DNA of 64,000 nucleotides, from the NCBI GenBank assembly GCA_039029395.1, contig JBCCGG010000001.1, positions 373,761 through 437,760 on the forward strand, written 5' to 3'. The notes under the pieces are model-generated. The model was given only the letters and a program-made list of their open reading frames with translations. It was not told the origin of the DNA and made no database searches. Origin of the DNA: Pseudomonadota bacterium. Its GTDB lineage: Bacteria; Pseudomonadota; Alphaproteobacteria; Kiloniellales; JAKSDN01. Both the position numbers and the translations under genes were made by a program. Every line of letters begins with the position of its first letter. The stretch's first letter is position 1. Positions 7,810 to 15,828 of the stretch are shown in pieces.

Positions 7810-9060
7810 ATGGGCAATAAAGCGGCGAAGTACGTCATCGTGGGCGGCGGCCCGGCCAGTGTATGCGCGGCCGAGACCTTGGCCGAGGCCGATCCCGGCC
7901 AATCGATCCTGATGATCACCGGCGAGCCCGAGCCGCCCTATTCGCGCATGGCGATCCCTTACGTGCTGACCGGCCTGATTCAGGAGCAAGGCACCTATCT
8001 GCGCAAGACCGAGGGATACTACGACAAGACCGGTGTCGAGGTGGTCCACGGCCTGGTCTCCGGCGTCGACCCGGCGGCCAAGACGGTCAGCCTGGAGGAC
8101 GGCGCGACCATCGGTTACGAGAAGCTGCTGATCGCCACCGGCGCGACCCCGGTGGCGCCGCCGATCGAGGGCCTAGACCTGCCGGGCGTGCACCACTGCT
8201 GGACCCTGGAGGACGCCCGGGCGATCCTCGAGCGCGCCCACAAGGGCGCCTCCGTTGTGCTCATGGGCGCCGGTTTCATCGGCTGCATCATCCTGGAAGC
8301 GCTCGCCAAGCGCGAGGTCAAGCTGACCGTGATCGAGGCGCTCGACCGCATGGTGCCGCGCATGATGAACGAGACCGCCGGCAACATGATCAAGTCCTGG
8401 TGCGTCGCCAAGGACATCGCGGTTCACACCTCGACCAAAGTCACCAAGCTGTCCCAGACTGGCGATCGCCTGGAGGTCGCCATGGACAACGGCCAAAGCG
8501 TCACCGCCGACCTGGTGGTGGTGGCGACCGGCGTGAAGTCGAACATGGGCTTCCTGGAGGGCTCGGGCGTCGAGATGGGAGACGGCATAAAGGTCGACAA
8601 CCGTTTGGCGACCACGGTGGCCGACATCTATGCGGCGGGCGACTGCGCCCAAGGCCCAGATCTCTCGACCGGCGGCTGGTCGGTTCAGGCGATTCAGCCG
8701 ACCGCGACCGAGCACGGCCGTATCGCCGGGCTCAACATGGCCGGCAAGAACGCCGCCTATAAGGGCAGCCTCAACATGAACGTGCTCGACACCGCCGGCC
8801 TGATCTCGGCCTCCTTCGGCACCTGGGAAGGGGTCGAGGGCGGGCAAGGCTCCGAGGTGGTCGAGCCCGACAGCTACCGCTACATGCGCCTGGAGTTCGA
8901 TGGCGATCATCTGGTCGGCGCGCTTTCCCTCGGCCGAACCGACCACATCGGCGTGTTGCGCGGCTTGATCCAGACCCCGGTCGCGCTCGGCGCCTGGAAG
9001 GCCAAGCTGCTGGAGGACCCCAACCGCATCGTAGAGGCCTACGTGGCGAACACGGAGTAG
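7810..9060 (+). CDS. aorC: FAD-dependent pyridine-nucleotide oxidoreductase subunit (AorC-like)
   Basis: 416 aa from ATG 7810 (the track ORF starts at 7768). Two Rossmann motifs are present: YVIVGGGPASVCAAE (FAD) and VVLMGAGFIGCIILE (NAD(P)). YAAGDCA occurs near the C-terminal third. Confidence 0.85.
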   Translation: MGNKAAKYVIVGGGPASVCAAETLAEADPGQSILMITGEPEPPYSRMAIPYVLTGLIQEQGTYLRKTEGYYDKTGVEVVHGLVSGVDPAAKTVSLEDGATIGYEKLLIATGATPVAPPIEGLDLPGVHHCWTLEDARAILERAHKGASVVLMGAGFIGCIILEALAKREVKLTVIEALDRMVPRMMNETAGNMIKSWCVAKDIAVHTSTKVTKLSQTGDRLEVAMDNGQSVTADLVVVATGVKSNMGFLEGSGVEMGDGIKVDNRLATTVADIYAAGDCAQGPDLSTGGWSVQAIQPTATEHGRIAGLNMAGKNAAYKGSLNMNVLDTAGLISASFGTWEGVEGGQGSEVVEPDSYRYMRLEFDGDHLVGALSLGRTDHIGVLRGLIQTPVALGAWKAKLLEDPNRIVEAYVANTE

Positions 9061-9068
9061 GTTCGGGG

Positions 9069-9374
9069 TTACTGGTCCTCGAACATTTTGTCGCCGCGCT
9101 CGTCGATGATGCGCATGGCCTTGTTGACCACGCAGTCATCGGCGACGTCCTTCGAGGGGTGCATGTCGGCGCGGATAAAGTGGTGCTCTTTGGGCCCGTC
9201 CTCGAATTCCTTGACGATGTAGCCGACGGTGAGCCACTGGGCGCCTTCCTTGCGGCTCGCCGGGCGGATCGAGTAGCCCTTGTAGTCGACCGCGCTGGCG
9301 CTCGGGGCCGGCGCCTCGTCAGAGCCGCCGCCGCCCACCAGGCCGCGCAGGAAGCCGGTCAATTTGCCTGCCAT
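9069..9374 (-). CDS. Small conserved alphaproteobacterial protein of the type usually annotated HlyU-family regulator
   Basis: 101 aa. It has an N-terminal Gly-rich stretch FLRGLVGGGGSD, then DYKGYSIRP...HHFIRADMH...AMRIIDERGDKMF. I recall this pattern from proteins annotated as HlyU family. The name is uncertain; coding status is solid. Confidence 0.5.
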   Translation of the reverse strand: MAGKLTGFLRGLVGGGGSDEAPAPSASAVDYKGYSIRPASRKEGAQWLTVGYIVKEFEDGPKEHHFIRADMHPSKDVADDCVVNKAMRIIDERGDKMFEDQ

Positions 9375-9491
9375 CTCAAAGCCCTCCGTTCGGCAGAACT
9401 ATAGACCGCGTCAACGGGCCCGCGCAAACCGCCTTCATCTTGTTGACAACGAGACCCAAGGCGACACTCTAGGGTGAGAGAGGAGAGCCCT

Positions 9492-11009
9492 ATGGCGCGT
9501 GTCGCGATCGGCGGGTTTCAGCACGAGACCAATACCTTTGCGCCGACACCGGCCGCCTTGGAGGACTTCGCGCGGCCCGGGCCCTGGCCCGGCTGGACTC
9601 ACGGCGCCGCGATCTTCGAGGCGGTTGCCGGAATCAACGTGCCGATCGCCGGCTTCATCGCCCGAGCCCATGCCGCAGGCCACCAGCTCGTGCCACTCTC
9701 CTGGAGCCAGGCGGTGCCCTCCGGACCGGTGACAGAGGCAGCCTACGAGGAGATCACCGGCCGCCTGATCGAGCAACTGTCCCAGGCGCTCAAGGACGGT
9801 TTAGACGCGCTCTACCTGGACCTTCACGGCGCCATGGTGACGAGCCATCTGGAGGACGGCGAAGGCGAGCTGCTGGCCCGGGCCCGAGCGCTGGTCGGGG
9901 ACGACTTTCCGATCGTCGCCAGCCTGGATCTCCACGCAAACGTGACGCCCCGGATGGTCGAGTACAGCGACGCCCTGATCTCCTACCGGACCTACCCCCA
10001 CGTGGATATGGCGGCGACCGGTGGCCGTGTGGCCCGCCACTTGGACAGATTGCTCGAGGCCGGCCCCGAATACGCGCTGGGCAACGTCATGGTCCAACTG
10101 CCGTTCCTGATTCCGATCGCCGCCGGCTGCACCTCGCACGAGCCGGCTCAAGGGCTCTACCGGCGCTTGGCCGAGCTGGAAGGCGGAGCGGTCGCCGCGC
10201 TTTCTTTCAACTGCGGCTTTCCCCTGGCCGACATCCACCACGCCGGTGCCACGGCGCTCGGCTGCGGCGCTGAGAAGGCGGCGGTGAAGGACGCGGTCAT
10301 CGCCCTTGCGGAAGCGGCGTGCGATCAAGAGGGCGCGTTCAAGACCCCGGTCTGGCAGACCGAGGAAGCGGTCGCTCATGCGATTGCCCACGCCGGCCAC
10401 CACGGTGGGCCTATCATCCTTGTGGACAGCCAAGACAATCCGGGCGGCGGCGCCGATTCCGACTCTGTCACGATTTTCGCCGAGCTGGTGCGTCAATCGG
10501 CCCGGGACGCCGCGGTGGCGATCGTCACCGACCGCGAAGCCGCGGCGGCCGCCCACGAGGCGGGCAGCGGCCGGAACGTCACACTGTCGCTCGGCGCCAA
10601 GTGCGGCTGGCCGGGCCAAGCGCCCTTCGAGAGCAGCTTTCACGTCGAGGCCTTGAGCGATGGCCGTTTCACTGCGACCGGGCCGTTCTACCGAGGGGCG
10701 CGAATCGATCTAGGGTCCATGGCCCTGCTCAGGGTTGGCGGCGTGCGCGTCGTGGTGGCGAGCCAGAAGATGCAAGCGGCCGACCAAGAGATCTTCCGTC
10801 ATCTGGGGCTGGAGCCGGCCCTCCAGCGCATCCTCGTCCTAAAGTCGACCGCTCACTTCCGCGCCCATTTCCAGCCGATCGCCAAGGAGATCCTGATCGT
10901 CGAGGCGCCCGGCCCCAACGCGGTCGACCACAGCGGTTTGCCCTACGAGCGGCTGCGCCCGGGTTTGCGGGTTATGCCCGGCGGACCGGTCTATCAGGCA
11001 GCCGAGTGA
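9492..11009 (+). CDS. M81-family metallopeptidase (MlrC-like)
   Basis: ATG 9492 follows GAGAGGAGAG. The N-terminus MARVAIGGFQHETNTFAP is the signature MlrC start, and the length (505 aa) fits. Confidence 0.8.
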   Translation: MARVAIGGFQHETNTFAPTPAALEDFARPGPWPGWTHGAAIFEAVAGINVPIAGFIARAHAAGHQLVPLSWSQAVPSGPVTEAAYEEITGRLIEQLSQALKDGLDALYLDLHGAMVTSHLEDGEGELLARARALVGDDFPIVASLDLHANVTPRMVEYSDALISYRTYPHVDMAATGGRVARHLDRLLEAGPEYALGNVMVQLPFLIPIAAGCTSHEPAQGLYRRLAELEGGAVAALSFNCGFPLADIHHAGATALGCGAEKAAVKDAVIALAEAACDQEGAFKTPVWQTEEAVAHAIAHAGHHGGPIILVDSQDNPGGGADSDSVTIFAELVRQSARDAAVAIVTDREAAAAAHEAGSGRNVTLSLGAKCGWPGQAPFESSFHVEALSDGRFTATGPFYRGARIDLGSMALLRVGGVRVVVASQKMQAADQEIFRHLGLEPALQRILVLKSTAHFRAHFQPIAKEILIVEAPGPNAVDHSGLPYERLRPGLRVMPGGPVYQAAE

Positions 11010-11407
11010 TCCCGGCCGGCCTGCCCAGCCGTGACCCGCGCGACCACCTGCTTTTCCCACGCCCCGTGGACCGTGCGTGGCAGAGCTTCGGCGTCGAACC
11101 ATTGCGCCTCGTCACTGCCGCCCGGCGCGCCTGTGGCGCGAACGTCGTAGTTGAATACCAAGTGCCAGCCCCGCCGGCCGCGAAAGGACTCCACGTGGCT
11201 TAGCTCGGTCGAGTCGACCGCCAGCCCCTCGACCGCCGCCAGGACCGCCGCGGCGGTCTCGTCGGGGTGGGTGTAGGGCGCGACGTCCTTTCCGGGCAGC
11301 CACCACTTTTCGTTCTCTGGGTCGTAGCGCACAAACAGCACGCGGCCTTCGGGGTCGCGCACCACCAAGTTGGCGATGACCTGGGTATCGACCGTCTCTT
11401 CCGTCAT
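10994..11407 (-). CDS. Nudix-fold protein with a degenerate Nudix box
   Basis: 137 aa from the ATG at 11405-11407, which overlaps the padR-like stop (tcat at 11404-11407). It has the Nudix-fold pattern (VIANLVVRDPEGRVLFVRY...WWLPGK...WFDAEALP). In the box position, G-x5-Y-x7-AAVLAAVEG replaces G-x5-E-x7-REUxEExGU. Confidence 0.65.
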   Translation of the reverse strand: MTEETVDTQVIANLVVRDPEGRVLFVRYDPENEKWWLPGKDVAPYTHPDETAAAVLAAVEGLAVDSTELSHVESFRGRRGWHLVFNYDVRATGAPGGSDEAQWFDAEALPRTVHGAWEKQVVARVTAGQAGRDHSAA

Positions 11408-11895
11408 GATTCCTCCCTCTCCAGCTCCGCGTCGAGCCAAGCGATCTCAGCGCTCAGCAGAGCCTTTTCCCGACGCGCCAAAAGGCCTGATGGCGCCGCC
11501 GGCGCCAGTTTCACGAGCTGAGCGCGCCTTGCCCCGAGGACCGCTTTGCGGGCCTCGAGGAAGTCTCGGATCTCGTCCGCTTCAAGCTCGTCCGCCGCGG
11601 CCAGGGCGGCGCACAGTGGTTCCTTGGCATTGGTCTGTCCTCGCCAGGCGCGCTCGATGCAGCGGCTCAGCTCGCTGCGCCCGGCTCGAGTGATCCGATA
11701 GGCGGTCGGCGTACCCTCTTGGGCAGTGGCAAAGCCTTGGCGCACCAGGCCGCGCAGCATGGAGTAGATCGAGGCGTCCTCGATCCGGAACCAAAAGGCC
11801 AGCCCCGGCGCGCTCAGAATCTTACGAATGCGGTAGCCATGGAGCGGCCCTTCGCTCAGAAGCCATAGGATCAGGAGTCGCGTGCTCAGCGCCAT
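11404..11895 (-). CDS. PadR-family transcriptional regulator
   Basis: 163 aa. The winged-helix N-terminus LLILWLLSEGPLHGYRIRKIL...YSMLRGLVRQGF...YRITRAGR is typical of PadR, and a coiled-coil C-terminus follows. Confidence 0.85.
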   Translation of the reverse strand: MALSTRLLILWLLSEGPLHGYRIRKILSAPGLAFWFRIEDASIYSMLRGLVRQGFATAQEGTPTAYRITRAGRSELSRCIERAWRGQTNAKEPLCAALAAADELEADEIRDFLEARKAVLGARRAQLVKLAPAAPSGLLARREKALLSAEIAWLDAELEREES

Positions 11896-11898
11896 CGA

Positions 11899-11925
11899 GT
11901 AAAATACTAAAATTATAGTAATCAG
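11899..11925 (-). promoter_or_regulatory. Candidate padR promoter/operator: perfect TATAAT -10 embedded in the imperfect palindrome TACTA-N6-TAGTA
   Basis: The minus strand reads gattacTATAATtttagtattttactcgATG, so TATAAT lies 16 nt before the start codon. Plus strand 11905-11920 is TACTAAAATTATAGTA, with 5-bp inverted arms. This is an AT-rich patch in a GC-rich genome. Confidence 0.4.
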
Positions 11926-11975
11926 ATCGCAAGCCGATGGCGCTTTTGGTCGGACGTCATCTGCTAACGGGGTGT

Positions 11976-12518
11976 CTAGGGTTGGCCGGTCCGGCGCAGG
12001 CCTCTGACAAAGCCGGTCAGGCCCTTGGCGCCGAAGATCAGGATCAGGCCGAGACCCAAACCGAGCACTCCGGTGACCAGGCTGGCGCTGTTTTGCGGGT
12101 CGGCGAGGACGTCATAGCCGCCTTGAGCCTGGGCCATAAAGTGAAAGGTGCCAAGCCAGATCAGGTCGAGCGCCGCATCGGCTGCGAGGTAGAGGCCGAT
12201 CGCGGCGAACACCAGGCTCTGCAGGGCATCTGGGATCTTCGGCGGCTCGTCCGACGAAGGCGCTACCAGGGAGTTGGCGACGCGGCCCGGCCAAATGATC
12301 AGCGCGAGGCCGACGACCAAGGGCAGGGCGACCGGCAGCACCACGGTGCCCAGAAAAGTCACGCCCGTGCGCAGCTCTGCGTAAGCGAAGTCGGCGAAGC
12401 GGTAGGGAAAGTCCGCCAAGGCGATGACCAGCAGCACCAGGCCCGCGGTCCGGGTGATCAGGGATGCCAGGGCGCGCACATCCATCGGGCGGCTCCTCGA
12501 GGGGACAGACCCGATCAT
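11976..12518 (-). CDS. Hypothetical integral membrane protein (about 5 TM)
   Basis: 180-aa hydrophobic ORF that begins 3 bp downstream of the EamA gene stop. I recognise no family motif. An alternative start is MDVRAL at 12485. Confidence 0.55.
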   Translation of the reverse strand: MIGSVPSRSRPMDVRALASLITRTAGLVLLVIALADFPYRFADFAYAELRTGVTFLGTVVLPVALPLVVGLALIIWPGRVANSLVAPSSDEPPKIPDALQSLVFAAIGLYLAADAALDLIWLGTFHFMAQAQGGYDVLADPQNSASLVTGVLGLGLGLILIFGAKGLTGFVRGLRRTGQP

Positions 12519-12521
12519 AGA

Positions 12522-13460
12522 CTATTTGACCGTCACTTCACAGCGCTGGGATTGGCGTGGCGGCTCCGGTGCCGCGGGCTTGGCGCGTGCCTTGGGCTTG
12601 ATCAGGATCAGCACGTTGCCGCAGAGCACCAGGACGATACCGAGCGCTGACGAGGCGGACCACTGGAAGGCCTCGAACCAGGTCGAGATCGCGAGCGCCA
12701 CGATCGGGAAGATCACCGCAACATAGGCCGCCCGGTCGGCGCCGATGCGCCCCACCAGGGTCAGATACGACCAGAAACCGATGACCGTGCCGCCGACTGC
12801 AAGATAGAGCAGGCTCAGCACATAGCGCGGTGCCGGGTCGAATGTGAAGGGGCTGCCCAAGGCCAGCGTCATAAGGGTGATGGAAAGGGCGCCATAGGCC
12901 ATGCCGTAGGCGTTGGTCTGGATCACCGGCAGGGCGCGGCGGCGCTGGACCCAAGCCGAGGTCAGCATGCCGACCGACGCAAAGGCGGTGCCGATCAAAG
13001 CCAGCCCGATGCCCTTCAGCCCGTCGCTCTCGAGATCGAAGACCTCGAGCTCGGGCCAGAACACGAGCGCGATGCCGCTCATGCCAAGCGCGGCGCCGGC
13101 CACCATGGCCGGGCGGATACGCTCGCCGAAGATCAGGGCAGTGCCGATGATGTTCATCACCACCACGGTGGAGAACAGCACCGCGACCAGGCCGGTGGTC
13201 AGGTACTGGGTGCCCAGGTAGATGAAGAAGTAGTTGGTGCAAAAGAGGCAAAAGCCCTGAAAGGCCATGAAGGCATGGTCGCGGAGGGAGAAGCGCATTG
13301 GCTTGCGGGCGACGAGACAGAAGGCGAGCATGACACCCGCCGCTATCAGGAAGCGGTAAACCACCGAGACCTCGGCCGGGACCACGCCGAGCTGAAACTT
13401 GACGGCGATCCAGCTGGTGCCCCAGAGCAGCACGGTGAGCGCGTAGAGCGAGGGGTTCAT
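12522..13460 (-). CDS. DMT-superfamily (EamA-like) transporter
   Basis: 312 aa with about 10 TM helices arranged as two repeats. The N-terminus LTVLLWGTSWIAVKF is typical of EamA domains. Confidence 0.8.
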   Translation of the reverse strand: MNPSLYALTVLLWGTSWIAVKFQLGVVPAEVSVVYRFLIAAGVMLAFCLVARKPMRFSLRDHAFMAFQGFCLFCTNYFFIYLGTQYLTTGLVAVLFSTVVVMNIIGTALIFGERIRPAMVAGAALGMSGIALVFWPELEVFDLESDGLKGIGLALIGTAFASVGMLTSAWVQRRRALPVIQTNAYGMAYGALSITLMTLALGSPFTFDPAPRYVLSLLYLAVGGTVIGFWSYLTLVGRIGADRAAYVAVIFPIVALAISTWFEAFQWSASSALGIVLVLCGNVLILIKPKARAKPAAPEPPRQSQRCEVTVK

Positions 13461-13532
13461 GGGCCGCGAGCCTAGCGGCGGCCATGGATGGGAGCTACCC
13501 GGATATTGCGCAGGGCTGCTATGCGGGCGTGG

Positions 13533-14318
13533 TCACGACCAAGGCCGCTTGCGGTCGGGCGGATCGTCCACCTCGCCCTTGTTGTGGGCATGCCAACGGC
13601 CCCTCGGCATCAGCCGCAGTCCGCGGGGCAGGACATTGTCGCCCCACAGGGGAATCGTCTTGTGGCGGAAGGGAATGACCAGGGCCAAACCGACCGCGAA
13701 GCCGCCGATGTGGGCCCACCAGGCGACCGGGCTGGCGCCGGCGCCGAGCCCCAGGGCGGAGTAGATCTGGTAGCCGATCCAGAAGGCGAGCAGCAGATAG
13801 GCCGGCAGGTAGAAGGGGATGAAGAAGACCAAGGGCACCAGAATCCGGACCTTGGGGTAGAGCAGCAGAAAGGCGCCGAGCACGCCCGAGATCGCGCCGC
13901 TGGCGCCGATGATCGGCACGGTCGAGCTGGGGTCGGCCGCCAGGTGCACCAGCGCGGCGAGCGCGCCGCACAGCAGGTAGAAGACCAAAAAGCGCAGATG
14001 GCCCATGGCGTCCTCGACCTTGTCGCCGAACACCCAGAGGTAGGCCATGTTGAAGATCAGGTGATAGGCGTCGCCGTGCAGAAACTGATAGGTGATCAGG
14101 GTTGCCCAGTCGGGCACCAGGGCCAAGGCGGGGACGAGCTGCGCCTCGCCGACCAGCACCGCAGGGATCGCGCCCAGGCCCAGCACCCAGCGCTGGCTGG
14201 TCTCCGGGCCGACTTCGACCTGCAGCGCGAAGATCGTGGCGCATAGCGCGATCAGCCCCCAGGTCACCCAGGGCTGCTCGATCAGGATACGGGGCCGGTC
14301 GCTGTGCAGCGGGATCAC
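13533..14318 (-). CDS. Rhomboid-family intramembrane serine protease
   Basis: 261 aa. The catalytic Ser motif GASGAISGVLGAF and the His motif AHIGGFAVG are present, along with the FLHGDAYHLIFNM segment. Confidence 0.85.
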   Translation of the reverse strand: MIPLHSDRPRILIEQPWVTWGLIALCATIFALQVEVGPETSQRWVLGLGAIPAVLVGEAQLVPALALVPDWATLITYQFLHGDAYHLIFNMAYLWVFGDKVEDAMGHLRFLVFYLLCGALAALVHLAADPSSTVPIIGASGAISGVLGAFLLLYPKVRILVPLVFFIPFYLPAYLLLAFWIGYQIYSALGLGAGASPVAWWAHIGGFAVGLALVIPFRHKTIPLWGDNVLPRGLRLMPRGRWHAHNKGEVDDPPDRKRPWS

Positions 14319-14340
14319 CGGCGCTGCTCCTTCTTCGCGC

Positions 14341-15114
14341 CTAGGCCGCGATCTCGCAGACCACCGGCGTGTGGTCCGAGGCCTTGGGCTCGGCGCGGGG
14401 CGCCTTGTCTATGGTGCAGGCGGCCAGACGGTCGGCGGCCTGGGGCGAGAGCAGCCAGTGGTCGATCCGCAAGCCGTTATCGGACTCGAAAGCGCGGCCC
14501 GTGTAGTCCCAGAAGCTGTAGACGTGGGGCCGATCGTCGAGCGCCCGCCAAGCTTCGGTCAGGCCCAGGTAGAGCAGACGCCGAAAGGCGGCCCGGCTCT
14601 CCGGCTTGCAGAGCGCATCGTCCTTCCAGCCCTCCGGGTCGTAAACGTCCTGGTTGGTGGGGCAGACGTTGTAATCGCCGCCCAACAGTACCGCCTGGTC
14701 GCTCGCCAAGAGGTCCTTGGCATGGGCCTCCAAGCGGGTCATCCAGCGCAGCTTGTAGGCGTACTTCTCGGTGGTCGCGGGATTGCCGTTGGGCAGATAG
14801 AGCGAGGCGACCCGTAGGCCGAAGGTGGTGCCCTCGACATATCGGGCCTGTTCGTCCTCAGGCTCGCCGGGCAGGCGCTCGATCACGTCTGCGATCGGCT
14901 CCTTGGAGATCAGCGCGACCCCATTGTAGCTTTTTTGGCCGACCACTCGGCAGTGGTAGCCCCGGGTCTCGAACTCGAGCGCCGGGAAGTTCTCGGCCAG
15001 ACACTTGGTCTCCTGGAGCAGCAGCACGTCGGGCGCAACCCCGTCGACCCAGGCCAGCACGTTGGGCAGCCGGGCCTTGATCGAGTTCACGTTCCAGGTC
15101 GCCAGCTTAACCAT
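14341..15114 (-). CDS. xthA: Exodeoxyribonuclease III
   Basis: 257 aa. MVKLATWNVNSIKARL..., LQETK, GDYNVCP and SDHTPV are EEP-family Xth motifs. Confidence 0.9.
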   Translation of the reverse strand: MVKLATWNVNSIKARLPNVLAWVDGVAPDVLLLQETKCLAENFPALEFETRGYHCRVVGQKSYNGVALISKEPIADVIERLPGEPEDEQARYVEGTTFGLRVASLYLPNGNPATTEKYAYKLRWMTRLEAHAKDLLASDQAVLLGGDYNVCPTNQDVYDPEGWKDDALCKPESRAAFRRLLYLGLTEAWRALDDRPHVYSFWDYTGRAFESDNGLRIDHWLLSPQAADRLAACTIDKAPRAEPKASDHTPVVCEIAA

Positions 15115-15133
15115 GGATGACTGGCCTTAAGGA

Positions 15134-15484
15134 TCAGATCGAGAAGGAGGAGCCGCAGCCACAGGAGGAGGTCGCCTGAGGATTGGAGATCTGGAAGGAG
15201 GCGCCGATCAAATCCTCCACGAAGTCCAATTGGGAGCCGGACAAAAGCTCGAGCGAGACCTCGTCGATCACAACCTGGATGCCATGCTGCTCGAAGGTTA
15301 CGTCATCGCCATTGATCGCGTGATCGAAGGTGAAACCGTACTGAAAGCCCGAGCAGCCGCCGCCCGAGACCGAGACGCGCAGCTTGATACCATCCTGCGC
15401 CTCCTGCTCGACCAAAAAGGCGATGCGCTTGGCGGCGTTCTCGGTGATGCCGAAGGCCGGCTGGGTGGTGTCGCTCATTGGCAT
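15134..15484 (-). CDS. erpA: Iron-sulfur cluster insertion protein (ErpA/IscA-HesB family)
   Basis: 116 aa. It contains GGGCSGFQY and the C-terminal CGCGSSFSI cluster-ligand motif. Confidence 0.85.
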   Translation of the reverse strand: MPMSDTTQPAFGITENAAKRIAFLVEQEAQDGIKLRVSVSGGGCSGFQYGFTFDHAINGDDVTFEQHGIQVVIDEVSLELLSGSQLDFVEDLIGASFQISNPQATSSCGCGSSFSI

Positions 15485-15506
15485 GGCTCCAAAGGAAATC
15501 CTCCGG

Positions 15507-15512
15507 ATTATA
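15507..15512 (-). promoter_or_regulatory. Candidate erpA -10 box (TATAAT)
   Basis: The minus strand reads ggatcgTGTATAATccggaggatttcctttggagccATG. A perfect TATAAT lies 22 nt upstream of the start. No good -35 was found. Confidence 0.3.
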
Positions 15513-15756
15513 CACGATCCGGGCCTCTCAATGTAGGGCGCCGCGGCGCGAAATCAAAGGGGGTGATCGCGCGGCCGGCAATCTACGATCTGTAGAGGAT
15601 TAGGAATTTGTACAGGCTAAATAGGGGCTTGATCCCTTTGCGGCGAGGTACACCCCTCCCCACTTACTTGCTGTTGGAACGACCCCATGCAAAGGGGCTA
15701 TGTCGGAGAATTTGTGTATTTTGGTGCATAGTTTTGTTGAGTGATGAGAGACACCA

Positions 15757-15828
15757 TGATCCATGGTGTAGCCGTTTTCAGGTTACATCTTGATCCATGA
15801 TGTGGCCAAATTTGATCAACGATGGGAC
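15757..15828 (+). repeat. Three-fold imperfect direct repeat, TGATC(C/A)A(T/C)G(G/A)TG..., inside the low-GC island
   Basis: The three copies are TGATCCATGGTGTAGCC (15757-15773), TGATCCATGATGTGGCC (15791-15807) and TGATCAACGATGGGAC (15813-15828). Spacings are 34 and 22 nt. Confidence 0.7.
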
